Origin: Promethearchaeota archaeon
Lineage (GTDB): Archaea; Asgardarchaeota; Lokiarchaeia; Sigyniarchaeales; SOKP01
Assembly (NCBI GenBank): GCA_019057865.1
Contig: JAHLWP010000018.1
Coordinates: forward strand, 1-64,000
Reading direction: 5' to 3'
DNA: 64,000 nucleotides
In this document: in pieces, positions 51,090 through 62,124 of the stretch
How positions within the stretch are numbered: the first letter of the stretch is position 1
How the letters are laid out: the number at the start of each line of letters is the position of its first letter
Notes under the pieces: model-generated
Told to the model about the DNA's origin: nothing
What the model saw: the letters and a program-made list of their open reading frames with translations, nothing else
Database searches by the model: none
Made by a program: the position numbers and the translations under genes

Positions 51090-52820
51090 ATGTCTAATAA
51101 AGAAGAAAATAAAGAAGAATCTGTAAGGATTGGAACTTTTATTTGTCTATGTGGCTCAAAAATAGGAAGTGTCATAGATTGTAAATTACTCGCGGATTTT
51201 GCGAAGACATTTCCTGATGTAATATATTCTGAAGATAATTTATTTGCTTGCTCAGAATCAGGGTTAGCTAGTATTAAAAACGCAATTGAAAAATATAATT
51301 TAGAGAGAGTTGTAATAGCAGCCTGTACTCCAAGCACACATGAAAGTCTTTTTCAGAATACAATCCGAGAATCAGGAATAAATCCATATTTATTTGCATT
51401 AGTAAATATTCGTGACCAATGTGCTTGGGCGCATATGTCTGAACCTGAAAAAGCGATGGAAAAAGCAAAAGAGTTAATCGCATTAAACGTTTCAAGAGTT
51501 AAGCTTCTGGAACCTATCTATGAAACAACTGTAGATATCTGCCATTCTGCGTTAGTAATAGGTGGGGGAATAGCCGGACTAACAGCGGCACTTAGTTTAG
51601 GTAACCAGGGATTTAACTCATGTATTATTGAAAGAGAAAAAGAACTTGGGGGATTAGTTAGAAAGATTCACTATATTTTAGGAACTGGAGATCCTCAAGA
51701 ATATCTTAAAAGTCTAATTGAACAGGTTAAAAATCATAAAAGGATTAAAATTTTTACAAATGTTAAGATAGAAGAAATAAATGGATTCATCGGAAATTTC
51801 TCAACATTAATAAAATATAATGGTCGAAAAAAAGAACTTGAGTCTGGAGTAATTATAGTTGCAACCGGAGGAAGAGAGTACAAGCCGAGAGAATTTTTAT
51901 ATGGTACGGATGAAAGAATCATAACACAGTTGGAATTAGAACAAAAAATTGTAGCCGATCAAGTAAAAGGACAAACAATAGCAATGATACAGTGTGTCGG
52001 ATCTAGAAATGAAGAAAGACCAAATTGTAGCAGAATTTGTTGTGTAGAAGCAATTAAAAATGCTTTAAAATTAAAAGAAAAAAACCCTAGACTAAATGTT
52101 TGCATTTTAAATAGAGATATTCATACCTATGGTTTTAAAGAAGATTATTATAACGAAGCAAGAGAAAAAGGAGTAATTTTTATTCAATTTGATGAAAATT
52201 TTGAACCAATAGTTAATATCAAAACTAATAAATTGACGATTACTGTAAAAGATGTGTTATTAAATGAGCGTGTAACCCTTAAAACAGATCTTATTGCTTT
52301 AAGCTCTGCTTTTCTTCCCTCAGAAAATATGGAGCTTTCTAAAATGTTAAAAGTACCACTTGATAAAAACGGATTTTTCTTAGAAGCTCATGTTAAACTA
52401 CGTCCACTTGATTTCGCAACTAGCGGAATATTCTTATGTGGCGCAGCACAATGGCCAAAATTCATTGATGAAACAATTTCACAAGCATTAGGAGCTGCCT
52501 CTAGAGCGGGCACTATTTTATCAAAAGAAAAAATAAATATTGTCGGCTCTGTTGCAGAAATCGATGAGGATATGTGCATTGGTTGCGGTAATTGTAGGGA
52601 TTTATGCGCCTATAATGCAATAGAAATTGGTGAAAGGCAATCAGAGTATAAAGCAGAAGATATAATACAAGAACCTATAGTAGAGTTAACTTGGTATAAA
52701 TCTAAGGTTCTTCAAGCTTTTTGTAAAGGCTGTGGAGCGTGTATTGACGTATGTCCTGTTGGAGCCTTGTCTTTAAAGCATTTTACTTTTCAACAAATTT
52801 CAAATAATTTTACTAAATAA
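51090..52820 (+). CDS. hdrA: HdrA-type flavoprotein (C-terminal-half type)
   Basis: CLCG, ACTP, GGGIAG, QCVGSR, EAHVKLRP. Confidence 0.88.
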   Translation: MSNKEENKEESVRIGTFICLCGSKIGSVIDCKLLADFAKTFPDVIYSEDNLFACSESGLASIKNAIEKYNLERVVIAACTPSTHESLFQNTIRESGINPYLFALVNIRDQCAWAHMSEPEKAMEKAKELIALNVSRVKLLEPIYETTVDICHSALVIGGGIAGLTAALSLGNQGFNSCIIEREKELGGLVRKIHYILGTGDPQEYLKSLIEQVKNHKRIKIFTNVKIEEINGFIGNFSTLIKYNGRKKELESGVIIVATGGREYKPREFLYGTDERIITQLELEQKIVADQVKGQTIAMIQCVGSRNEERPNCSRICCVEAIKNALKLKEKNPRLNVCILNRDIHTYGFKEDYYNEAREKGVIFIQFDENFEPIVNIKTNKLTITVKDVLLNERVTLKTDLIALSSAFLPSENMELSKMLKVPLDKNGFFLEAHVKLRPLDFATSGIFLCGAAQWPKFIDETISQALGAASRAGTILSKEKINIVGSVAEIDEDMCIGCGNCRDLCAYNAIEIGERQSEYKAEDIIQEPIVELTWYKSKVLQAFCKGCGACIDVCPVGALSLKHFTFQQISNNFTK

Positions 52821-52841
52821 AAAAAAGAGGATAAGCTTAAA

Positions 52842-54527
52842 ATGTTAGAAGAAGGAAAGAATGAAAAAGAGATTAGAGTAGGAGTATTTGTTTGTCATTG
52901 TGGTTCTAATATCGGCGGAGTGATTGATTGTAAGAAACTCGCTAAATATGCGAAGAAATTACCTAATGTGGTTTATACTGAAGATAATCTTTACACATGC
53001 TCTGAAAATGGATTAGCCAGCATTAAGAAGGCAATAAAAGAGTATAATTTAAATCGGATAGTTGTAGCATCATGTACTCCAAGAACTCATGAACCTTTGT
53101 TTCGCGAATGTATCTCAGAAGCAGGATTAAATCCCTACCTTTTCAATTTTGTCAATATTAGAGAACAATGTTCATGGGTTCATAGGCAATATCCTAATGA
53201 AGCCTATGAGAAGGCAAAAGATCTAATTAGCATGGGAGTGGCTAAAGCCACAAAATTAGAACCTTTGGAAATGATTACAATAAAAATTAATCCTAATGCT
53301 TTAGTAATTGGTGGTGGAATTTGCGGAATGAGTGCTGCACTTAATTTAAGTAGACAGGGATTTAAAACTTATCTTATTGAAAAGGAGAATGAATTAGGTG
53401 GAAGGTTAAATACACTTTATAAACTATTTCCACATGACACCGAGGCTTTAGAGCTAATAAAGGATATTAAAAATAAAGTTCAAAAAGCTAGGAATTTAGA
53501 AGTTTATACAACAACAAGAATAAAAAATATTGATGGATTTGTGGGGAATTACGATATAGAAATTGTACAGAATGGTAAAATTATCAATTTAACAGTAGGA
53601 GCGATAATCGTTGCTGTAGGTTCTTCGACACTTACACCTGAAGGCATGTTTGGATATGATGGCAAAATAAGAATAACTCAGTACGAATTGGAAGCAAAAC
53701 TAAGAAGAAATGAAATAGATGCAAATAATGTTATAATGATACAATGCGTGGGATCTCGGAATGATGAGAGACCTTATTGTTCAAGCATTTGCTGCATGAC
53801 AGCTATAAAGAATGCGCTAATTATCAAAGAAAGAAATCCAATTTCAAATATTACGATATTATTTAGAGATTTATACTCTCCCGGGACTAATTATGAAAAA
53901 TATTATAGAAACGCAAGAGAAAAAGGAATACTCTTTATAAAATACAAACCTGATAAATTGCCTTCTGTAGAAGAAAATCAAATAAAGGTATTTAATGAAT
54001 ACATTGGAGATCATATAATAATTCCTTATGATTTATTGGTATTATCAACTCCATTAGTTGCCAATGAAGATAATAAGGAACTTGCGCAAAAATTAAAAGT
54101 ACCATTGGAAGCCAACAATTTCTTCTTAGAAGCCCACGTAAAGTTACGCCCTAATGATTTTGCGACAGATGGAGTATATGTAGGTGGCTCAGCAAAATGG
54201 CCTGTGGACGTCTCAGAAACTATAACTCAAGGTTATGCAGCAGCAGCTAGGGCGAGTACGATTTTGTCTCATGAGACGATTAAAGTAGAGGGTGCTATTG
54301 CTACTGTAGATCCTGAAAAATGCATAGGATGCGGATCCTGCGAAATGATCTGTCCATTTAATGCTATACAAATAGAAAGGATGGAATTGGGGTTAAAAGC
54401 CACCATTTTTTCAGCTGTTTGTAAGGGCTGTGGAGTTTGTGGTGCAAGTTGTCCTTTAAATGCAATTTCTATGAAACATTTTATGGACCTTCAAATATAT
54501 GAACAAATATATGCATTATCAGAATGA
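52842..54527 (+). CDS. hdrA: HdrA-type flavoprotein, close paralog of 39235..40917
   Basis: CHCG, SCTP, QCVGSR; identical DNA tracts shared with the 39235 gene. Confidence 0.9.
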   Translation: MLEEGKNEKEIRVGVFVCHCGSNIGGVIDCKKLAKYAKKLPNVVYTEDNLYTCSENGLASIKKAIKEYNLNRIVVASCTPRTHEPLFRECISEAGLNPYLFNFVNIREQCSWVHRQYPNEAYEKAKDLISMGVAKATKLEPLEMITIKINPNALVIGGGICGMSAALNLSRQGFKTYLIEKENELGGRLNTLYKLFPHDTEALELIKDIKNKVQKARNLEVYTTTRIKNIDGFVGNYDIEIVQNGKIINLTVGAIIVAVGSSTLTPEGMFGYDGKIRITQYELEAKLRRNEIDANNVIMIQCVGSRNDERPYCSSICCMTAIKNALIIKERNPISNITILFRDLYSPGTNYEKYYRNAREKGILFIKYKPDKLPSVEENQIKVFNEYIGDHIIIPYDLLVLSTPLVANEDNKELAQKLKVPLEANNFFLEAHVKLRPNDFATDGVYVGGSAKWPVDVSETITQGYAAAARASTILSHETIKVEGAIATVDPEKCIGCGSCEMICPFNAIQIERMELGLKATIFSAVCKGCGVCGASCPLNAISMKHFMDLQIYEQIYALSE

Positions 54528-54548
54528 TTATTGGAGAAAGGTGTTCAA

Positions 54549-55313
54549 ATGTATAACCCAAAAATTTTAGGATTTTTATGTAATTGGTGCTCATATGCGG
54601 GTGCAGATCTTGCCGGTGTTTCGCGATTCAATTATCCACCAAATTTAAGGATAATTAGAGTAATGTGCAGCGGAAGAATTGATCCAAATTTTATTTTGAC
54701 AGCATTCGAAAAAGGTTTAGACGGAGTATTGGTAGCAGGATGTCACCTTGGAGATTGCCATTATCTTACAGGAAATTATCATACAAAATATAAGATTTTA
54801 ATGATGAAAAAGATACTTGAAAAACTTGGGTTTGAAACAAAGAGATTACGACTTGAATGGGTATCTGCTGCCGAAGGGAAAATATTTGCAGATTTAATAA
54901 CTGAATTTACTGAAGAACTGATAAAACTAGGACCTTTATCTGTTAAATTTGACAAAATTTTGATAAAGAATTTGTTTTTTGCCAAACAAATCTGTTCTGA
55001 CTTTAGACTTAGATGGTTAATTAGTAGAGAAAGGGATTTAGTTGAAAGTGAAAATGCTTATGGTGAAAAAATTCCCGAGGAGAAATTTGAAAAATTATTA
55101 GACCATATAATAGAAACAGAATTGATTAAAATTAAAATTCAAAATCTTATTGAAGAAAAGGGTTTATCTGCAGAAGAGATTTCAAGTAAATTAAAAATTC
55201 CATCAGAAAAAGTTATGGAACATCTTATTACAATGAATGATGACCATAAAATAACATTTAATATCAAAAACAAAATGGCAATATTTGCTAAAGAGGGAGG
55301 AATGGTTAAATGA
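54549..55313 (+). CDS. mvhD: MvhD with C-terminal wHTH extension
   Basis: CNWCSY, MCSGR, GCHLGDCHY; tail LSAEEISSKLKIPSEKVMEHL. Confidence 0.88.
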   Translation: MYNPKILGFLCNWCSYAGADLAGVSRFNYPPNLRIIRVMCSGRIDPNFILTAFEKGLDGVLVAGCHLGDCHYLTGNYHTKYKILMMKKILEKLGFETKRLRLEWVSAAEGKIFADLITEFTEELIKLGPLSVKFDKILIKNLFFAKQICSDFRLRWLISRERDLVESENAYGEKIPEEKFEKLLDHIIETELIKIKIQNLIEEKGLSAEEISSKLKIPSEKVMEHLITMNDDHKITFNIKNKMAIFAKEGGMVK

Positions 55314-58300
55314 GTAAACTTGAATCTAAAATTAAAATAGGAGCAGTATTAGTAGTCGGAGGTGGAATTGCCGGGATACAAACATCATTAGATCTCGCAG
55401 AGTTAGGATTTAAAGTCTTTATAGTAGAGAGTTCTCCCGCAATAGGTGGTATCATGAGCCAATTAGATAAAACATTTCCTACAAATGACTGTGCAATGTG
55501 CATTTTAAGCCCTAAATTAGTAGAGGTGGGTAGACATCAAAACATTCAAATAATTACTCACGCTGAAGTTGAGAATCTAGAGGGTTCGGCTGGAAATTTT
55601 AATGTTATATTAAAAAAGTATCCAAGATATATCAATGAAGATAAATGTACAGGTTGTGGACTTTGTTCAGAGTGGTGCCCGATCGAAACTTCAAATGAAT
55701 ATGATGAGGGATTACGAAAAAGAAAAAGTATTTTTATTAAATATCCACAAGCAATTCCAAAATTACCATCTATAGATAGAACAATTTGTATCGGTTGCCG
55801 GTTATGTGAATATATATGTGAAGCAAAAGCCATTGATTTTACTCAAAAAGAAGAAATGATTGAATTGAAAGTCGGTTCTATAATTGTCGCTCAAGGATCT
55901 ACTCCCTATAATCCGTTACCTCTAAAAATGTATGGATATGGGCGTTTTTCGAACGTGATAGCAAGTACCGAATTTGAACGAATATTGAGTGCATCTGGAC
56001 CTTTCATGGGTCATGTTTTACGACCTTCCGACGGAAAAATACCAGAAAAAATAGTATGGATACAATGTATTGGTTCAAGAGATCGAAGAATAGGTAATAA
56101 TTATTGTTCAGCAGTTTGTTGCATGTACGCAATTAAAGAAGCAATAATTGCAAAGGAGCATGAACCAGAAATTGACTGTTACATTTTTTTTATAGATATA
56201 AGAGCTTATGGAAAAGGATTCGAGGATTATTATCTGAGAGCTCAAGAATTAGGAATCAAATTCTTAAGAGGAAAAATTGCCTTAATTAATGAAGATCCAC
56301 AAACGAAAAGTTTAATTATAGCCCATGAAAATAGTGAAACAGGGGAGGTAATAGAAGAACATTTTGATATGGTTGTTCTCTCTATAGGTTTGCAACCTTC
56401 TAATTCTGGTATTGATTTGAGTAAAAAATTGGGAGTTAATCTTAATAAATATAATTTTATTGACACAAATATATTTTCTCCTTTAGAAACTAATAAGCCC
56501 GGGATTTTTGTATGTGGGACTTGTTCTGGTCCTAAAGATATTCCTGAAACAGTAGCAGAAGCAAGTGGCGTGGCTGGAAAAGTCTCTTCATTTCTTTCTA
56601 CTGAAAGAAATACATTAACATCTATAAAAGAATATCCTCCTGAACTTTCAATTGAAGATCAAGAAGCTAGGATTGGAGTATTTATTTGCCACTGTGGAAT
56701 AAACATCGGTGGAATTGTAAATATCCCTGAAGTAGTTAAATTTGCTAAAACTCTTCCTAACGTTGCTTATGCTGAAGAAAATTTGTATACCTGTTCCCAA
56801 GATACCCAAGATAAAATGAAACAAATAATAGAAGAATATAAATTAAATAGGGTTGTTGTAGCCTCTTGTACTCCTCGGACACACGAATCATTGTTCCACA
56901 ATACCATTAGAGAAGCAGGATTGAATCCTTATTTATTTGAATTAGTAAATATTAGAGAACAGTGTTCCTGGGTTCATATGTCCATCCCTGAAGAAGCTAC
57001 AGAAAAAGCAAAAGACCTAGTAGCAATGAATGTTGCCAAAGCTAAACTTTTAGAACCAATATATGAAACATCTGTAGATATTACGCACTCCGGTCTAGTA
57101 ATAGGCGGTGGAATAGCAGGAATGAATGCTGCATTAGAATTAGCAAATCAAGGTTTTGAAGTTTATTTGATTGAAAAAGAAAAAGAGTTAGGTGGTTTTG
57201 TAAGAAATATACATTATGTTCTAGAAGATGGGGATCCTCAAGAATATCTCGAGCAAATTGTTAATCAAGTATTAAATCATGATAAAATTAAAGTATTCAC
57301 TAGCACAAAGATTAAAGATGTACAGGGATTCGTCGGAAATTTTCTAGTTACAGTGAATTATAATAGTAAGAAAAAAGAACTTGATACTGGAGTAATTATT
57401 GTTGCTACAGGTGGAACAGAATATAAACCAATGGAATACATGTATGGAACTGATGAAAGAATATTAACTCAGCAAGAATTGGAACAAAAGATTGTTTTAA
57501 ATGAAATAGATGCAGAAACAGTTGTAATGATTCAATGCGTTGGTTCGAGAAATGAAGAACGTCCTAATTGTAATAGAATATGTTGTTCTCTTGCATTAAA
57601 AAATGCTTTAAAGTTAAAAGAGAAAAACCCTAAGAGGAATATTTGTATTCTATATAGAGATATTCGAACTTATGGTTTTAAGGAGAATTACTACGGGGAA
57701 GCAAGAGAAAAAGGGATTATTTTTATCCGATATGATGAAAAACTCGAACCCGAGGTTAGCATTAAAGAGAATAAGTTGATTGTCTCTGTAAATGATTCAT
57801 TATTAAATGAACAAATAGTTATTAAGCCTGATCTTATAGTATTGAGTGCTGGCTTTTTACCAACAGAAAATAAAGAATTATCCCAAATGTTAAAAGTTCC
57901 CCTTGAACAGAATGGATTTTTCCTAGAAGCACATGTGAAGCTTCGTCCACTTGATTTTGCTACTGATGGAATTTTCGTATGTGGAACGGCACAATGGCCA
58001 AAATTTATTAATGAGACAATTCCACAAGCAAAAGGAGCAGCGGCGAGAGCTGCTACAATTTTATCTAAAGAAAAAATGAAAATTATAGGTTCAACTGCAG
58101 AAATCGAAGAAAATAAATGTATGGGTTGCGGTGAATGTAGGGATATATGTATTTATGATGCAATTGAGCCAATTGAGACCATAATTAATTTTAAAGGTAT
58201 CCTGGATTCAGAAATTCCATATGTAAGTTTAATCCGATATAAATCTAGAGTCCTTCCGGCTGTATGTAAAGGATGTGGAGCTTGTGAAGGTGTTTGTCCA

Positions 58301-58372
58301 GTTGGGGCTATAAGTTTAAAGCATTTCACAAATCAACAATTAATTGCTATGATTCAATCTTATTTAGGATAA
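55310..58372 (+). CDS. hdrA: large tandem HdrA
   Basis: Two FAD modules, LDKTFPTNDC, CHCG. Confidence 0.92.
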   Translation: MSKLESKIKIGAVLVVGGGIAGIQTSLDLAELGFKVFIVESSPAIGGIMSQLDKTFPTNDCAMCILSPKLVEVGRHQNIQIITHAEVENLEGSAGNFNVILKKYPRYINEDKCTGCGLCSEWCPIETSNEYDEGLRKRKSIFIKYPQAIPKLPSIDRTICIGCRLCEYICEAKAIDFTQKEEMIELKVGSIIVAQGSTPYNPLPLKMYGYGRFSNVIASTEFERILSASGPFMGHVLRPSDGKIPEKIVWIQCIGSRDRRIGNNYCSAVCCMYAIKEAIIAKEHEPEIDCYIFFIDIRAYGKGFEDYYLRAQELGIKFLRGKIALINEDPQTKSLIIAHENSETGEVIEEHFDMVVLSIGLQPSNSGIDLSKKLGVNLNKYNFIDTNIFSPLETNKPGIFVCGTCSGPKDIPETVAEASGVAGKVSSFLSTERNTLTSIKEYPPELSIEDQEARIGVFICHCGINIGGIVNIPEVVKFAKTLPNVAYAEENLYTCSQDTQDKMKQIIEEYKLNRVVVASCTPRTHESLFHNTIREAGLNPYLFELVNIREQCSWVHMSIPEEATEKAKDLVAMNVAKAKLLEPIYETSVDITHSGLVIGGGIAGMNAALELANQGFEVYLIEKEKELGGFVRNIHYVLEDGDPQEYLEQIVNQVLNHDKIKVFTSTKIKDVQGFVGNFLVTVNYNSKKKELDTGVIIVATGGTEYKPMEYMYGTDERILTQQELEQKIVLNEIDAETVVMIQCVGSRNEERPNCNRICCSLALKNALKLKEKNPKRNICILYRDIRTYGFKENYYGEAREKGIIFIRYDEKLEPEVSIKENKLIVSVNDSLLNEQIVIKPDLIVLSAGFLPTENKELSQMLKVPLEQNGFFLEAHVKLRPLDFATDGIFVCGTAQWPKFINETIPQAKGAAARAATILSKEKMKIIGSTAEIEENKCMGCGECRDICIYDAIEPIETIINFKGILDSEIPYVSLIRYKSRVLPAVCKGCGACEGVCPVGAISLKHFTNQQLIAMIQSYLG

Positions 58373-58386
58373 TGAGGTGTATAAAT

Positions 58387-58818
58387 ATGGAAAAAGATAA
58401 AAAAGGGTTTAATCCAAAAATAATTACATTTTTATGTAATTGGTGTGGTTATGCTGGAGCTGATTTAGCAGGAGTAAGTCGTTTTCAATATCCTCCTACC
58501 ATTAGAATAATAAGGGTAATGTGTTCTGGAAGAATCCAACCCTCTTTAATACTTAATGCATTTAATCGTGGAAGTGATGGAGTTTTAGTATGTGGATGCC
58601 ATTTAGGGGATTGCCATTATATTTCGGGAAATGAAAAAGCTGAGGAAGGAATTAAGATAACTCAAAAATTACTTGATTTTTTAAGAATTGAACCAGAAAG
58701 ACTTAGATTGGAATGGGTATCAGCAGCGGAAGGGGCTAAGTTTGCAGATGTAGTAAAAAATTTTACCGAGCATCTTATTTCAATCGGACCAATTAATATA
58801 GAAAGCGAGAGTGTGTAA
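58387..58818 (+). CDS. mvhD: MvhD [2Fe-2S] subunit
   Basis: CNWCGY, MCSGR, GCHLGDCHY; GAGGTG SD before ATG 58387. Confidence 0.9.
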   Translation: MEKDKKGFNPKIITFLCNWCGYAGADLAGVSRFQYPPTIRIIRVMCSGRIQPSLILNAFNRGSDGVLVCGCHLGDCHYISGNEKAEEGIKITQKLLDFLRIEPERLRLEWVSAAEGAKFADVVKNFTEHLISIGPINIESESV

Positions 58819-58823
58819 GAAAT

Positions 58824-61800
58824 ATGGTAGAGAGTAATAATTCTGAAAAACAAGTATTGGTAATAGGGGGTGGTGTAGCTGGGATTTCTGCTGCCCTAGA
58901 CCTAGCAGATCAAGGTCATCTTGTCTATTTAGTTGAAAAAAGCCCCTCAATTGGAGGGAAAATGGCTCAATTGGATAAAACTTTTCCGACTTTGGATTGT
59001 TCAATATGTATTTTAGCACCTAAAATGGTCGAATGTGCTCGTCACCCTCGAATTGAACTTTTAACTTATTCAGAAGTGAAAAGAGTTGACCGAATTCGTA
59101 ATGGATCTACCTTCAAGGTAAGAATTCTACTTAAACCTAGATATATTGATAGTTCAAAATGCACTTCATGTGGAACATGTGCGCAAAAATGCCCCTATAA
59201 AAATTTTCCCTCTGAATTTGAACAAGGGTTAAGTAAAAGAGGTGCTGCGTATATTCCTTTCCTTCAAGCAGTTCCAGCTGTATATCTTATTGATTCAGAA
59301 AATTGTACTTACTTTAAAAATGGTACATGCAAGGTATGTGAAAAATTTTGTCCGGCCCACGCAGTAGATTTTGAACAAAAACCAAAAGAAATAGAAATTG
59401 AAGTCGCTTCCATTATAGTAGCCACTGGTTTTGATCTAATGGATGTTAGTTCCTTAGAGAGGTACGGATATGGAAAATATTCCAATGTAACTGTATCCTT
59501 GGAATATGAAAGAATTATGTGTGCATCAGGTCCAACTAAAGGCGAAATTTTACGCCCTTCCGATAATAAACACCCCCACAAGATAGGATTTATTCTATGT
59601 GTTGGATCGAGAAATGTTAATTTAAAGCCTTATTGTTCTAAAATTTGTTGTATGTATGCTACAAAAGAAGCAATTATGACGATGGAACACCATTCTGATG
59701 CAGAAATTTTGGTTTTTTATAATGATTTACGCACGATTGGAAAGAATCATAATGAATTTATTGATAGAGCTAAATCAGATTATAAGGTTCAATATGTCAG
59801 AGGTTTACCTAATAAGATTTATGAAAATACAGAAACAAAAGATCTTATAATAAGACATAAAGACTTTGACACAGGTGAAATTAAATTTGATACAGTAGAT
59901 ATGGTTGTTTTATTTCCAGCAGTTATACCTAGCAGAGGAGCAGAGGAATTTAATGATATATTAGGGGTCGAAATGGACGAATATGGTTTTATAAAGCCAG
60001 TATCATCAACAAATAATATTGAAACTAATATTCCTGGAATTTATGTATGTGGATGTGTTCATGGTCCAGAAGATATTTCAACCTCTGTTGCTGAGGCTAG
60101 CGGTGCTGCTAGTAAAGCAGCTTCTAGAACTTCAATAACTACTATAGATGAAATAAAAGAAGATATTGTTGAAAGAAAAGTATCTAAAAGCGATCCTCCT
60201 CGAATCGGTGTTTTTATCTGTCATTGTGGTTCTAATATTGCAGGCTTTGTGGATGTTAAAAAGGTAGCGGAAGAAATTAAAACTGTTCCTGATGTAGCTT
60301 ATGTTGAAAGAAATTTATATACTTGTTCGGAAGAATCTCAGAATAGTATAAAGGCGGCAATTGAAAAATATGATTTAAATAGGGTTGTAATTGCTGCGTG
60401 TACTCCTAGAACCCATCTTCCATTATTTCAGGGCACTTGTCATGAAGTAGGTCTTAATCCATATTTAGTCCTATTTGCAAGTATTAGAGAATTAGTGAGT
60501 TGGGTTCACATGTCAGAACCTGAAAAAGCTACACAAAAAGCAAAGGAACAGATTTTAATGTGTATCGCAAAATCTCGGCTTGTAGAACCATTACACGATA
60601 TTGAAGTTAATGTATTACCTGCTTCATTAGTTATTGGAGGGGGAATTGCAGGCATGACTGCAGCATTGGCTATGGCAAAAAAAGGATTTAAAGTATACAT
60701 CGTAGAGCGGAGTGAAAATCTTGGTGGATTCATTCGGAACTTAAATGAAATTAATACTGAGGGAACCTCTTCAGAACAAGTACTAACTCCAATATTGCAA
60801 GCAATAAAGACAAATCCTAATATAGAAGTTTTCATATCCTCAACAATAAAAGCTGTAAATGGTTCAATTGGCAACTTTCTAATAGTTATTGAACAAAACA
60901 GTGAAGAAAAAGAAATTAAAACTGGCACTATTATTGTTGCTGTGGGAGGAAAAGAATTTAAACCAAATGGATATTACCATTATGAAGAATATGAAAATAT
61001 CTTTACAAATTTAGAACTTGAAGGTTTAATTCGAAATGAGCAATTACAAGATGGTGAATCTATTGCTTTTATTCAATGCGTTGGTTCCCGTGAAGAACAA
61101 GGAAGAACTTATTGTTCATTGACTTGTTGTGAAGAATCTATAAAAAATGCTTTAACTGTCAAGAAGCGGTATCCTAATTCTCAGATTTTCATATTTTATC
61201 GAGACATAAGAGTATCTTATAAAGAAGAGATTGAATATAGAAAAGCAAGAGAAAAAGGCATTAATTTTATACAATATAAACCGGAAAATCCCCCAATGTT
61301 GAAAAATAAGGATGACAAATTAATATTAAATGTGTCTGATGCTTTAACAAGAATGAAATTCGAATTATCTTTAGATAAAGTAGTGCTTGCTACTCCTTTA
61401 ATAGCATGGGAAGAAAATAAAAAGCTATCTGAAATGTTAAAAGTCCCCCTTGATAAAAACGGTTTCTTTTTTGAAGCACATCCTAAATTAAGACCTGTTG
61501 ATTTTGCTACGGATGGAATCTTCACATGTGGAACTGCTCAATGTCCTAAAAATATAAAAGAATCTTTAAGTCAAGCTCTGGGCGCGGCATCTAGAGCTTT
61601 AATCCCCTTAATGAATAGTAAAGCATCGGTCGAGGGTGCTACATCAAGTTTACCTGAATTTAATAAAAAATTATGTACAGGCTGTGAAGTCTGTCTAACT
61701 GTATGTCCTTATAATGCCATCTCTAAGAACGAATTAGATGAGATTGAAATAAATCAAGTTCTTTGTAAAGGCTGTGGAGTATGTGGGGCTACGTGTACTA

Positions 61801-61895
61801 ATCAAGCTCTTGTAATAAAACATTTCACAAATGAGCAAATTATTTCTCAAATCAATTCTTGTAAAGAAGAAAAACTGGTTGAACTAAAGTTATAA
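58824..61895 (+). CDS. hdrA: large tandem HdrA
   Basis: Two FAD modules, LDKTFPTLDC, CHCG, EAHPKLRP. Confidence 0.92.
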   Translation: MVESNNSEKQVLVIGGGVAGISAALDLADQGHLVYLVEKSPSIGGKMAQLDKTFPTLDCSICILAPKMVECARHPRIELLTYSEVKRVDRIRNGSTFKVRILLKPRYIDSSKCTSCGTCAQKCPYKNFPSEFEQGLSKRGAAYIPFLQAVPAVYLIDSENCTYFKNGTCKVCEKFCPAHAVDFEQKPKEIEIEVASIIVATGFDLMDVSSLERYGYGKYSNVTVSLEYERIMCASGPTKGEILRPSDNKHPHKIGFILCVGSRNVNLKPYCSKICCMYATKEAIMTMEHHSDAEILVFYNDLRTIGKNHNEFIDRAKSDYKVQYVRGLPNKIYENTETKDLIIRHKDFDTGEIKFDTVDMVVLFPAVIPSRGAEEFNDILGVEMDEYGFIKPVSSTNNIETNIPGIYVCGCVHGPEDISTSVAEASGAASKAASRTSITTIDEIKEDIVERKVSKSDPPRIGVFICHCGSNIAGFVDVKKVAEEIKTVPDVAYVERNLYTCSEESQNSIKAAIEKYDLNRVVIAACTPRTHLPLFQGTCHEVGLNPYLVLFASIRELVSWVHMSEPEKATQKAKEQILMCIAKSRLVEPLHDIEVNVLPASLVIGGGIAGMTAALAMAKKGFKVYIVERSENLGGFIRNLNEINTEGTSSEQVLTPILQAIKTNPNIEVFISSTIKAVNGSIGNFLIVIEQNSEEKEIKTGTIIVAVGGKEFKPNGYYHYEEYENIFTNLELEGLIRNEQLQDGESIAFIQCVGSREEQGRTYCSLTCCEESIKNALTVKKRYPNSQIFIFYRDIRVSYKEEIEYRKAREKGINFIQYKPENPPMLKNKDDKLILNVSDALTRMKFELSLDKVVLATPLIAWEENKKLSEMLKVPLDKNGFFFEAHPKLRPVDFATDGIFTCGTAQCPKNIKESLSQALGAASRALIPLMNSKASVEGATSSLPEFNKKLCTGCEVCLTVCPYNAISKNELDEIEINQVLCKGCGVCGATCTNQALVIKHFTNEQIISQINSCKEEKLVELKL

Positions 61896-62124
61896 GTTCT
61901 GGTAAGAGGAGATTTTACCTATATAAGTAGACATTAAAGGAAGGAAATAAGTAAAATTACTTTTAAAAAATTTTTATATCCTTTTATTTTGTGTTTGTTA
62001 TTTGAAAAAAATCAATAATGAATCTAATTCAATAGATAGAGTCAATAATACCTTCAAATATTCTTTTTCTCCATACTTGTTTTTAAAATAGACATCTAAT
62101 ACACCAGTAATCGTAAAAAAGACT

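Noticed and set aside
36493-61895. Selenocysteine-containing HdrA/MvhD (known in Lokiarchaeota)
   Set aside because: All ORFs are uninterrupted and have Cys codons at the motif positions; there is no in-frame TGA.
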